Shown: piece after piece, positions 54,206-62,493 of the stretch
Layout: every line of letters begins with the position of its first letter
Numbering within the stretch: the stretch's first letter is position 1
From: Eubacteriales bacterium
GTDB taxonomy: Bacteria > Bacillota > Clostridia > Oscillospirales > CAG-272
Length of the DNA: 64,000 nt
NCBI GenBank assembly: GCA_045658525.1
Contig: JAZOVD010000030.1
Span: 25,714 to 89,713, forward strand
Direction: 5' to 3'
The notes under the pieces: generated by a model
Seen by the model: only the letters and a program-made list of their open reading frames with translations
The model's database searches: none
Told to the model about the DNA's origin: nothing
Made by a program: the position numbers and the translations under genes

Positions 54206-54271
54206 TTATTTAGTAACGGATGAGCCTTCGAGTCTCAGGCTTCCCTTGTCGCTGTATATGGCTGTTTTCAT
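54206..54271 (-). pseudogene. possible stub of a zinc-type alcohol/polyol dehydrogenase gene
   Basis: AAGGAG RBS, then ATG 54271 giving MKTAIYSDKGSLRLEGSSVTK and a stop. This resembles the MKA.V....G.L.LE.VP N-terminus of MDR dehydrogenases. Only 21 codons are present. Confidence 0.2.
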
Positions 54272-54386
54272 TATATCGTCTCCTTGCGGCATTTTCAATA
54301 CTTTGATATAATAGATACGCTTGACATTTTTGATAAATGAGGGTATAATCAAAATACCGATATACGCTTGAAAGGAAACATGTTAT

Positions 54387-55136
54387 ATGAAATTTGGAAT
54401 ATGTAATTCAAGTAAAAAAGTTAAAGAGCTTGGGGCTGATTATTCCGAGCTTTGCGCCTACGTTGTATCATCTATGGAAAACGGCGAGTACGCCAAGCTT
54501 CTCAGGTCTGTCAATGACGGAGAGATAGTTGCTTACAGCTGTAACGGTCTGCTTCCCGCTGACGTTCGTGTCACGGGAGAGGTGAACGAGGAGCGTGTAC
54601 GCGAGTACGTTGACAAGACTCTTTACAGACTTAAAGAGCTTGGAATAAATATGATAGTTTTCGGTTCGAGTGCGGCTAAAAAAGTGCCCGACGGCTTCCC
54701 GATGGAAAAGGCTTGGGATCAGCTTTTTGAGTTTGGGCATCTTCTTTCGGACTATGCCGACAAAAACGGTCAGACGATAGCTGTCGAGCCGCTGAACTAT
54801 GATGAGGTAAACATAGTAAATACCATTGAGGACGGCGCGTATTACGTCAATACCGTAAACAGAAGCTCGTTTAAGCTTCTTGCGGATTTTTATCACATAA
54901 CTCGGAACAAAGAGGATCTGTCCGTGCTTGATAAATATAAGGATATGCTCGTTCACATACATATAGCGGGACTTGAACGCTGTATTCCCGTTACCGCTGA
55001 GGATAAGGCTCACGTCGTTTCTTGTATCCGTAAGCTTAAAGAGATAGGCTATCAGGGGAACGTAAGCTACGAGGGCGCTATGTCTGCAGAGCTTGATGGC
55101 GTTTCGGAGATGCTTGAGCTTTTCAGAAGCGTTTGA
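54387..55136 (+). CDS. sugar phosphate isomerase/epimerase (xylose-isomerase-like TIM barrel)
   Basis: 249 aa. IAVEPLN and DFYH/HIHIA motifs are typical of the AP-endonuclease-2/TIM family. Confidence 0.65.
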   Translation: MKFGICNSSKKVKELGADYSELCAYVVSSMENGEYAKLLRSVNDGEIVAYSCNGLLPADVRVTGEVNEERVREYVDKTLYRLKELGINMIVFGSSAAKKVPDGFPMEKAWDQLFEFGHLLSDYADKNGQTIAVEPLNYDEVNIVNTIEDGAYYVNTVNRSSFKLLADFYHITRNKEDLSVLDKYKDMLVHIHIAGLERCIPVTAEDKAHVVSCIRKLKEIGYQGNVSYEGAMSAELDGVSEMLELFRSV

Positions 55137-55145
55137 TATTAAAAA

Positions 55146-55176
55146 CAAAAAACTGCCGAAACGGCAGTTTTTTGTT
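55146..55176. terminator. bidirectional terminator
   Basis: A-run, CTGCCG-AAA-CGGCAG, T-run. Confidence 0.8.
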
Positions 55177-55181
55177 TTTAA

Positions 55182-55598
55182 TTACGCGTTTTTGAATATG
55201 TTGATCATATCAGCCGCTTTGGTAATGGAAAGCGGAATAAGAACGCAGTTCTTATTTACAAGATCAGACTCCTGCATATCCTTTACAAATCCGGTGAGGG
55301 TGTTGTTCTCGGAGAGAGCCTTGGCGGCTTCCTTGTCGGACTTGAATTCAAGTACAACTGCGTAAACGTCGATGCCCGCAACTCCGTCAGTCTTGAAGAG
55401 GTGAACTGTGCAGGAAACCTCGCCGTCCTCGTAGCTGGCTGCGATTGTCTTTGCTGATGCGTTCTCGTCAACATCTACGTACTCATAGCCGGCATCCTTG
55501 AATGCGCTCTTTATCTTTCCAAAAGAGGAGCAGGATACAAGGGTGAATATCGATACTACTGCGAGAACTACAAGCAGAGCTCTTTTAAGGTTTTTCAT
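55182..55598 (-). CDS. small lipoprotein, unknown function
   Basis: MKNLKRALLVVLAVVSIFTLVS-C lipobox. 138 aa. Confidence 0.7.
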   Translation of the reverse strand: MKNLKRALLVVLAVVSIFTLVSCSSFGKIKSAFKDAGYEYVDVDENASAKTIAASYEDGEVSCTVHLFKTDGVAGIDVYAVVLEFKSDKEAAKALSENNTLTGFVKDMQESDLVNKNCVLIPLSITKAADMINIFKNA

Positions 55599-55725
55599 AG
55601 TAATACTCCTTTCCTACATTTTTGGTTTAGGGGGTATCCCTGATATAAATTATAGCACTTGTTTGAAAAAAGTCAAGGATTTGACGTGATTTAATATATT
55701 TTAAGGCTTGATTTTATCAATGCTA

Positions 55726-55754
55726 TTGCAATAAATTAGATAATATGTTATAAT
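55726..55754 (+). promoter_or_regulatory. sigma-A type promoter for rapZ
   Basis: TTGCAA, 17 nt, TATAAT (55749-55754). This excludes the ATG at 55755 as the start. Confidence 0.6.
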
Positions 55755-55790
55755 ATGGTTGATTTTTACCGAGAAAGGTTTTCAGAGGTT

Positions 55791-56657
55791 ATGAGATACG
55801 TTATAGTGACGGGTATGAGTGGCGCGGGAAAAAGTTCCGCGGCGAGTACTTTGGAGGATATGGGATTTTACTGTATAGACAATATGCCTGTGGCTCTTAT
55901 TCCGAAATTTGCTGAGCTTTATTCACAGACCGGCGCGAGACGCTCGGACGTAGCGTTTATAATAGACGTTCGCGGCGAAACGGATTTTGCTCCGCTTATA
56001 AACGAAATAACCGCGCTTAAAAATGCGGGCTATGACTGTAAGGTCCTTGTGCTTGACTGCTCCGATAACGTTCTTATAAACAGATATAAGGAGACGAGAC
56101 GTATCCATCCGTTGTCGGCTCTTTATAATCTCACGATCTCCGATGCGCTTTCTGAGGAGCGTGAGCGTCTGCGCGGTATATTCGAAGTGGCGGACTACCG
56201 TGTTGATACCACCTATCAGTCTCCTGTGCAGTCAAGAGAACAGATACAGAACATATTCAGTCCCGAAACCAAGCGTTCGATGACTATAAACGTTATCTCG
56301 TTCGGCTTTAAATACGGAAGCGTTGCGGAGGCGGATATGGTATTCGACGTCAGATGCTTTCCGAATCCTTTCTGGGTGGCGGAGCTTAAAGAGCTTACGG
56401 GACTTGATGCTCCGGTAAGAGAATACGTTATGGATAAGCCTCGGACGGTGATCTTTCTTGAAAAGCTTTATGATATGATAGAGTATCTGCTCCCGTTATA
56501 TGCCGCCGAGGGTAAAAAACAGCTTACCGTCGCTATCGGATGTACGGGCGGAAAGCACCGTTCGGTAGCGATCGCTGAGGCTCTTTCTACTAATTTAAAG
56601 GAACGCGGAGAAAACGTTTCGGTAACTCATAGGGATATTAAAACAAAAAGCATATAA
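55791..56657 (+). CDS. rapZ: RNase adapter / nucleotide-binding protein RapZ (YvcJ)
   Basis: MRYVIVTGMSGAGKSSA Walker A, and GCTGGKHRSVAIAE near the C-terminus. Confidence 0.9.
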   Translation: MRYVIVTGMSGAGKSSAASTLEDMGFYCIDNMPVALIPKFAELYSQTGARRSDVAFIIDVRGETDFAPLINEITALKNAGYDCKVLVLDCSDNVLINRYKETRRIHPLSALYNLTISDALSEERERLRGIFEVADYRVDTTYQSPVQSREQIQNIFSPETKRSMTINVISFGFKYGSVAEADMVFDVRCFPNPFWVAELKELTGLDAPVREYVMDKPRTVIFLEKLYDMIEYLLPLYAAEGKKQLTVAIGCTGGKHRSVAIAEALSTNLKERGENVSVTHRDIKTKSI

Positions 56658-56692
56658 GACACATATTGCTTGTAATCATAATAAAAAGGTTA

Positions 56693-57424
56693 TTAGGTGA
56701 AGTGTATCGGTGATGGCTGCTTTTTGCAGCTCTTTATGCAGCTTGCCGCGAGTATGGAAAGGGAGTCCGCGATCCTCTCTGAAAAACGTGACGTCTTTAA
56801 CTCCCGATTGTTTATTATCGAAATGGAAAGCTCGGTGCAACCGGTGATAACTCCATCGGAAACGCACAGAGCTTTTTCTATAAGTCGTTTGATGTTTCGG
56901 CTTTGACCGCTTTTTATGTATTTTATCTCATCACATACTTCCTTTATAACGTTTTCGTCTGGATAGATACAGGTCATTCCAAGGGAGCGAAGCCTTTTTT
57001 CGTATATTCCCGAACGGTACGTGCCGCTTGTGGCAAGGAGAGTGACGGTGTTAAAGCTGCGTCTTTTGCAGCTCTGGCATACCTCGTTTACCATATCTAT
57101 TACGGTAACGCCCGGCTTTGCGGAGGCTTTCAGCTCGCGTGCGAAGCAATGCGCGGTGTTGCAGGGTATTGCTATTATATTCGCTCCCGCGGTTTCGAGC
57201 TTGTGAAGCGAGGATAGTATCGAGGGTAGCGGACTTTCGCCGTCTCCGCATAAGTACCTGCTTCTGTCGGGGCGGGAGCAGTTCCCGTCGAGAATGATCG
57301 GGATATGCTCGCTGTCTTCTGTTGCTGACGTGTGATTATGAATGAGCGTTATCAGCTCCCCGTCAACGCGCGGACCCATTCCGCCTATTATCCCGAGGGT
57401 GTTTTTGTCAATAATTGAGTTCAT
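56693..57424 (-). CDS. aspartate/glutamate racemase family protein
   Basis: LGIIGGMGP, AIPCNTAH and GCTEL motifs, which contain the two catalytic Cys. Confidence 0.8.
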   Translation of the reverse strand: MNSIIDKNTLGIIGGMGPRVDGELITLIHNHTSATEDSEHIPIILDGNCSRPDRSRYLCGDGESPLPSILSSLHKLETAGANIIAIPCNTAHCFARELKASAKPGVTVIDMVNEVCQSCKRRSFNTVTLLATSGTYRSGIYEKRLRSLGMTCIYPDENVIKEVCDEIKYIKSGQSRNIKRLIEKALCVSDGVITGCTELSISIINNRELKTSRFSERIADSLSILAASCIKSCKKQPSPIHFT

Positions 57425-57456
57425 GTAACATTAAATAACCATATACGGTGAATGAA

Positions 57457-59793
57457 ATGAGTTTTCTTTCAAAGCTTTCCGATCCGCTGAAAAACAGTCC
57501 GTTTTACGCGCGTCCGCTGTGCCTTTTCTGTTCGGTATTTCTTCTGACGGTTTTGGCTGTTAAACTGAGCTATGCGTGGTTTCTGGTGATCGCGGTGTTG
57601 GTGTGTCTGTATTCTGCTGTTCTTTTTGTGTCGAACAGAGAAAGGTTCGGATTTAAAAATCCACTCGCGTGGCTCGTTCTTGTGTCGATGCTTTGCGGAA
57701 CGGCAGTCTCTTTTCCCGGCGAGCTGGCGGAAAGGCGTGCCGAAAGTATGTGCGGTGAGTCAAAAACGGTAAGGGTTACTGTTACCGAGACGCTTTATAG
57801 CGAAGTATTCGGAAGCGCGCACTACGTTAAAATAACCGAAATAGACGGTGATGCCGTCAACGTAAACGGTATTTTGGAAATTCCCGAGCAGTACGAGGTC
57901 TTTCCTTTTGATACGGTTACTGTTTCCGGTGAAGTCAGTTCCGCTGTTTTGGGACTTTCGGGTGCTGAGTTGTATAACGCCAAGGCAAAAGGTACTTGCC
58001 TTACTGTTGTATCAAATAATATAGAAAATGTAACTCACGAGGAGCATAGGACCGTAGGGTATCTGATATACAGAATCAGGACGGCTCTTTGCGAGCGCTT
58101 TGACAGATTGATAGGAACGGAAGCCTCGGCGTACGCAAAGGCGTTGCTTATCGGTGAAAAGAGTGGACTTCCCGATGATTTCAGGAAGGATATGTCCGCG
58201 CTCGGTGTGTCTCATATACTTGCGGTAAGCGGTATGCACATGTCGATAATAGCCGCCATCGTTGCTTTCTTAGCCGATAGGATACGCACGGCGAGGAAGC
58301 TAAAAAGCGTTCTGATAACTGTTGGCGCGGTCCTCTTTATGACGGTCGCGGGATTTTCTCCGTCGGTAGTGAGAGCGGCGATAATGCTTGTGTTATCCGT
58401 TCTTTCGGTCTTTTTCGGCAGAAAGGGTGATTCGCTTACCGCTTTGTTTCTTTCGGGAGCGATAATTTGCGCTGTTTCGCCTCGTACAGCTCTTTCGTGT
58501 AGCTTTCTGCTTTCGTTTTTCGCAACGCTTGGGCTTGTTTTATGCGCGTCGGCAGTGTCAAGGGGACTGGCGAAACGTTTTTATGTCTCGCGTGCGGGCG
58601 ATATGAAGCTTGGTATGAGGGCTTTGAGAGGCTTTCTTAGTTCCGTTGCCGTTAGCTTGTGCGCGACTCTGTTTACCGCGCCAATACTCTCGATATATTT
58701 CTCTGAAATATCTTATTTTGCTGTTCTTGCAAATTTATTCGCCGTTCCTTGCGCTTTTGTATCGGTCGTTCTTGCGGTCGTGCTAATGCTTCTTGGAGAT
58801 ATACCGCTTCTTGGCGGAGGTGCTGCCGCGGCGTTTCGCGCGGTCTATTCTATGCTCAAAGCGTTCGCTTCGTTCTGTTCGGATAATTTAGAAACCTCAC
58901 TCTCGCTTGGATACCGATTCTTTTTGCCGATACTGATGCTCGTTATATGCGTTCTTGTTTTTATGAGACTGAACGGAATAAGGAGCGTTTCGGCATTGCT
59001 TGCCGTAATGATAGTGGCTTCATTGGTGTTCGTGACCTGCGTGCAGATATATTCCGTATCTGTTTCGGAAAGAAACGAGGTAGTCTATCTTTCCGATAAA
59101 AGCTCCGAGGCTCTGCTCGTTTCATCGGGTAGCGAAACTATGCTGATCGACATAGGAAAGGGCGGTAAGTCTGTACCTACTTTCGGTACGGAAATGATGC
59201 AGAGCGAGTATTACGAGACACGTCCCGACGCGTTTATGCTGACTCACTATCACAGTCTGCACATAAGTACGGTTCGTCACCTTATTCGTAATTACAGAAT
59301 AAAACGTATCTACCTTCCAACGCCCGAAAGCGAAAACGACGAAAAGATATACAGAAGTATTCAAAAGTATCTTTCAGAGACCGAGACCGTCGTATATACT
59401 CGCGGTGAGGACGTGGAGTTTGGTTCTCTTAGTGTTTCGACTGCCCAATATTCACTTCTCGAACGCTCTACCCATCCCGTTTCGGCTCTCCGTATTTCGG
59501 ACGGAAAACGCTCGCTTTTGTGGGTCGGCTCGTCTGTTACCGAATCTGAGGTGGCATTATCCGTTAACCGATGGCTTTCTGAAAGCTCGGTCGTGATAGT
59601 CGGAAGTCACGGTCCAAAGGAAAAAGAAAATATTCCCTACTATACTGTTATTCCGAGCGTGACGGAGATATTCCTTTCGCCTTACGTTACCTGTGACGGA
59701 GTAAAGCTGTTTGGCGGTATTTATTTTGAGAGTCTTGAAGCGGACTCCGAGGGCGTAGTCGAAAAACGGTTCAGACTCGGCGCGGTCAGTTAA
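57457..59793 (+). CDS. comEC: DNA internalization-related competence protein ComEC/Rec2
   Basis: GVSHILAVSGMHMSIIA competence-domain motif, many TM helices, and a C-terminal metallo-beta-lactamase-like region (LTHYHSLH). The start is ATG 57457 or GTG 57448. Confidence 0.85.
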   Translation: MSFLSKLSDPLKNSPFYARPLCLFCSVFLLTVLAVKLSYAWFLVIAVLVCLYSAVLFVSNRERFGFKNPLAWLVLVSMLCGTAVSFPGELAERRAESMCGESKTVRVTVTETLYSEVFGSAHYVKITEIDGDAVNVNGILEIPEQYEVFPFDTVTVSGEVSSAVLGLSGAELYNAKAKGTCLTVVSNNIENVTHEEHRTVGYLIYRIRTALCERFDRLIGTEASAYAKALLIGEKSGLPDDFRKDMSALGVSHILAVSGMHMSIIAAIVAFLADRIRTARKLKSVLITVGAVLFMTVAGFSPSVVRAAIMLVLSVLSVFFGRKGDSLTALFLSGAIICAVSPRTALSCSFLLSFFATLGLVLCASAVSRGLAKRFYVSRAGDMKLGMRALRGFLSSVAVSLCATLFTAPILSIYFSEISYFAVLANLFAVPCAFVSVVLAVVLMLLGDIPLLGGGAAAAFRAVYSMLKAFASFCSDNLETSLSLGYRFFLPILMLVICVLVFMRLNGIRSVSALLAVMIVASLVFVTCVQIYSVSVSERNEVVYLSDKSSEALLVSSGSETMLIDIGKGGKSVPTFGTEMMQSEYYETRPDAFMLTHYHSLHISTVRHLIRNYRIKRIYLPTPESENDEKIYRSIQKYLSETETVVYTRGEDVEFGSLSVSTAQYSLLERSTHPVSALRISDGKRSLLWVGSSVTESEVALSVNRWLSESSVVIVGSHGPKEKENIPYYTVIPSVTEIFLSPYVTCDGVKLFGGIYFESLEADSEGVVEKRFRLGAVS

Positions 59794-60781
59794 GCATTTT
59801 TTCGCAAAGGGTGTCGAAATCTATACCGCGCGCCGCCGCGCCCATAGGTAAAAGACTTGTTTTGGTCATTCCGGGTAACGTATTAGTCTCTAAAACGTAC
59901 ATTTTTCCGCTGATGCTTTCGAGGATCATATCGGTGCGGCTGAAATTTTTGAGACCGAGAGCGTTATGAGCCGAGAGCGCGAGCCTGAGTGCCTGCTCTG
60001 TCTGGACGTCGGATATTTCCGCGGGGGTCACTTCTTCTGTGCGCCCTGAAACGTACTTGTTCTCGTAATCGTAAAAACCGCACTTGGGTATTATCTCAGT
60101 GACGGCGAGTGGGGCATCACAAAGCACGCCGACCGTAAATTCTCTGCCCGTTATTTTACGCTCTATTATGAGCGTTTCGGCGGTTTGGGGTGCGTTTGTT
60201 TGACGTTTTTTAAGCTCGGAAATAAGCTCGTTTTCATTTTCCGCAAATGTTACCCCGACACTTGAACCGCCGTTTGCGGGCTTGATAACGCACGGAAAGA
60301 ACGGTATAACGGGAAATTCTTTTTCGTCGGTCCTGAAAACAACGTATTCGGGAGTCGGTATGCCGTGCGCGGAATATATGCGCTTTGAGGTTATCTTATC
60401 CATAGCGGCGGACGAGGCGTGCGCGCCGCTTCCGATATATTTTACCCCGAAAGCGTCGAAAAGTGACTGCATACGTCCGTTTTCGCCGTCTCCGCCGTGG
60501 AGAGCGAGAAATACTCTGTCCGCTTTTTCACAAACGCCGAACGCTCCATTTGATATTATTTCTCGCTCCGAAAATGGTGTATTGTTTTTAACGCTTCCGT
60601 GCTTCTCTGCGCTTTCAATATCCGAGTGAAAATAGGGTTCGGAGGGGGTTATCTCCTTTGCGGGATCGATCATTGCTATCCTGTGACCTCGCCTGAGGAG
60701 AGCTTCCGCGACGTTTCTGCCCGATAAAAGAGAGACCTCTCTTTCGGAGCTTTTTCCGCCCATAAGTAACGCTATATTCAA
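59786..60781 (-). CDS. ddl: D-alanine--D-alanine ligase
   Basis: NIALLMGGKSSEREVSLLSG, HGGDGENG and ATP-grasp motifs. TTG 60781 lies 9 nt after AAAGGAG and is preferred over 60814. Confidence 0.9.
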   Translation of the reverse strand: MNIALLMGGKSSEREVSLLSGRNVAEALLRRGHRIAMIDPAKEITPSEPYFHSDIESAEKHGSVKNNTPFSEREIISNGAFGVCEKADRVFLALHGGDGENGRMQSLFDAFGVKYIGSGAHASSAAMDKITSKRIYSAHGIPTPEYVVFRTDEKEFPVIPFFPCVIKPANGGSSVGVTFAENENELISELKKRQTNAPQTAETLIIERKITGREFTVGVLCDAPLAVTEIIPKCGFYDYENKYVSGRTEEVTPAEISDVQTEQALRLALSAHNALGLKNFSRTDMILESISGKMYVLETNTLPGMTKTSLLPMGAAARGIDFDTLCEKMLN

Positions 60782-60816
60782 GTTATAATTCTCCTTTTGT
60801 GAGTTTGGGGTCAAGT

Positions 60817-60857
60817 AAAAACAGTCGGCAAGATGTTTACCGACTGTTTTGTTTTTA
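60817..60857. terminator. hairpin with T-runs on both strands
   Basis: ACAGTCGG-N11-CCGACTGT, followed by TTTGTTTTT on the plus strand and TTTTTAC on the minus strand. It sits only about 25 nt upstream of the ddl RBS. Confidence 0.5.
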
Positions 60858-60981
60858 CTGATTTTTTGACTTCTTTATGCCAAATACCGTGCGCAAAACG
60901 GGTTTAAGTATGCTTGGAGCCTTGACTACCACGATCTTCAACGCTAGCTCAGTCCTTTCGTTGTGGATTATGTGTTTGGGG

Positions 60982-61173
60982 TCAGTCCGAGAGCAGACAG
61001 AGTATGCCGAAGGCAACGGCTGCCGCGGCGCAAACACCCACTAATACGCACGCGGGGAGAAATACCGTGAGCAGTATTCCCGCCCCGAACGCGGGGAACG
61101 CTATTGCCGCTATATTTCCGATACCGGATCTCGGAGAACAGCAAAAATTGATGCAACGCTTCGTCTTGAACAC
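60982..61173 (-). CDS. possible 63-aa hydrophobic peptide
   Basis: Hydrophobic stretch IAAIAFPAFGAGILLTVFLPACVLVGVCAAAAVAFGILCLL. The start is GTG with almost no spacing to its SD. The segment is open in several frames. Confidence 0.25.
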   Translation of the reverse strand: MFKTKRCINFCCSPRSGIGNIAAIAFPAFGAGILLTVFLPACVLVGVCAAAAVAFGILCLLSD

Positions 61174-61230
61174 TTCCTTTCAATGGCATTATATGCCGAT
61201 AGGGCGCGAAAGTTGTGAGGATTTTGCCAC

Positions 61231-61262
61231 AAAATAAAAAAGCTCTCCCTACGGAAGAGCTT
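61231..61262 (-). terminator. terminator after rsgA
   Basis: The minus strand reads AGCTCTTCC-GTAG-GGAGAGCT followed by TTTTTATTTT. Confidence 0.7.
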
Positions 61263-61287
61263 TCGTGCAGCGCTCGAAAGGCTTGAT

Positions 61288-62247
61288 CTACTTTTTTGTT
61301 TTACTCGTCTGCCACGGGCGGAGCTTTTTGATCTCCTCGTAAACCGTTACGTAGCTTTCGTGGCGTTGCTTCGGTATCTTTTTCGCTTCGATTGCTTCTA
61401 TTACAGCGCACCCCTCCTCGCGCAGATGCGTGCATTTACGGTATCTGCATTCGGAGACGTAAGGCTGAAACTCCGGGAAAAGTGCCGAAACGTCGTCCTT
61501 GGTGAGCGTGTCTATCGTGGAAAGATCGAATATACCAAAGCCGGGCGTGTCAGCTAAAAACGCGCCATCGGAGTTTATGTCGTTGGAAATGGGGTATAAC
61601 GTTACCGCTCGAGTGGTGTGTTTACCGCGCGAGATCTTGCGGCTGACCGCACCCGTAGTGAGCGAAAGCGACGGAAACAGAGCGTTCATTACAGATGATT
61701 TACCAACTCCGCTCTCGCCCGCGAATACCGCGGTACAGCCCTTTATCTCCCCCGCAATGAAGTTTTTTAAAGCCTCTATGCCGATTCCCTCGGCAGACGA
61801 TGTAAGAAAAACGCTGTATCCACTCTTTTCATAAACTTCCTTTATCTCGTTGGCTTTTTGCGGGTCAAGCTCGCATTTGGTCACCACTATAACGGATCTC
61901 GTCCCGTAGTATTCCGCCGCGCAGATAAGCTTGTCTATCGTTATGTGCGATGGAGCGGGGCTTGCCGCGGCGACTGTTATAAAAAGCTTGTCTATGTTTG
62001 CCGCGGGCGGCTTTCCGAAGAAGTTTTTGCGCGGCAGTATGCTTTCGATGGCGTGTCTGCCGTTATCCTCCTCCGTAACCGTTACCGTATCGCCGGGATA
62101 CGGGGATATTTTTGCGAATCTCAGGCTTCCTCGCGCTGAACAGGAAAGCGTCCTTCCGTCATCGGTCAGAACCTTGTACAGACCTCCGACTCCAGAAAGC
62201 ACGCGTCCGGTTACACAGGCGCGTTCGTTTTTTTCTCCGTTTTCCAA
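61288..62247 (-). CDS. rsgA: ribosome small-subunit-dependent GTPase A
   Basis: Circularly permuted GTPase: VVTKCEL (NKxD-like), GESGVGKSSVMNAL, and the zinc knuckle CRYRKCTHLREEGCAV. Confidence 0.9.
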   Translation of the reverse strand: MENGEKNERACVTGRVLSGVGGLYKVLTDDGRTLSCSARGSLRFAKISPYPGDTVTVTEEDNGRHAIESILPRKNFFGKPPAANIDKLFITVAAASPAPSHITIDKLICAAEYYGTRSVIVVTKCELDPQKANEIKEVYEKSGYSVFLTSSAEGIGIEALKNFIAGEIKGCTAVFAGESGVGKSSVMNALFPSLSLTTGAVSRKISRGKHTTRAVTLYPISNDINSDGAFLADTPGFGIFDLSTIDTLTKDDVSALFPEFQPYVSECRYRKCTHLREEGCAVIEAIEAKKIPKQRHESYVTVYEEIKKLRPWQTSKTKK

Positions 62248-62493
62248 AAGACGTTCCCCTTTCTTTTCAGCTTTATTTCATTATACCTCAAATCGCAACG
62301 GAAATCAAGAGTTTTTTTCGTAATTTCGACGCTTTGATTTATTTTGTATATTATATGTTTACAAATTAAAGTTAAAATCGTTATTAAATTATGATAAAAT
62401 TATAGCACAGCTACCAATGTGATAAAACCGAAAACGTCTCTTTTTCAGGCTCGGTGCCGCGAGACGCTTTCGTATGACTTATACGGAGGGATT

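Noticed and set aside
60855-61237. A stack of five overlapping 60-77-aa ORFs on both strands between ddl and rsgA.
   Set aside because: This is a G+C-rich stretch that is open in several frames by chance. Only the hydrophobic 63-aa frame is retained, at low confidence. The others have no RBS and have implausible composition.
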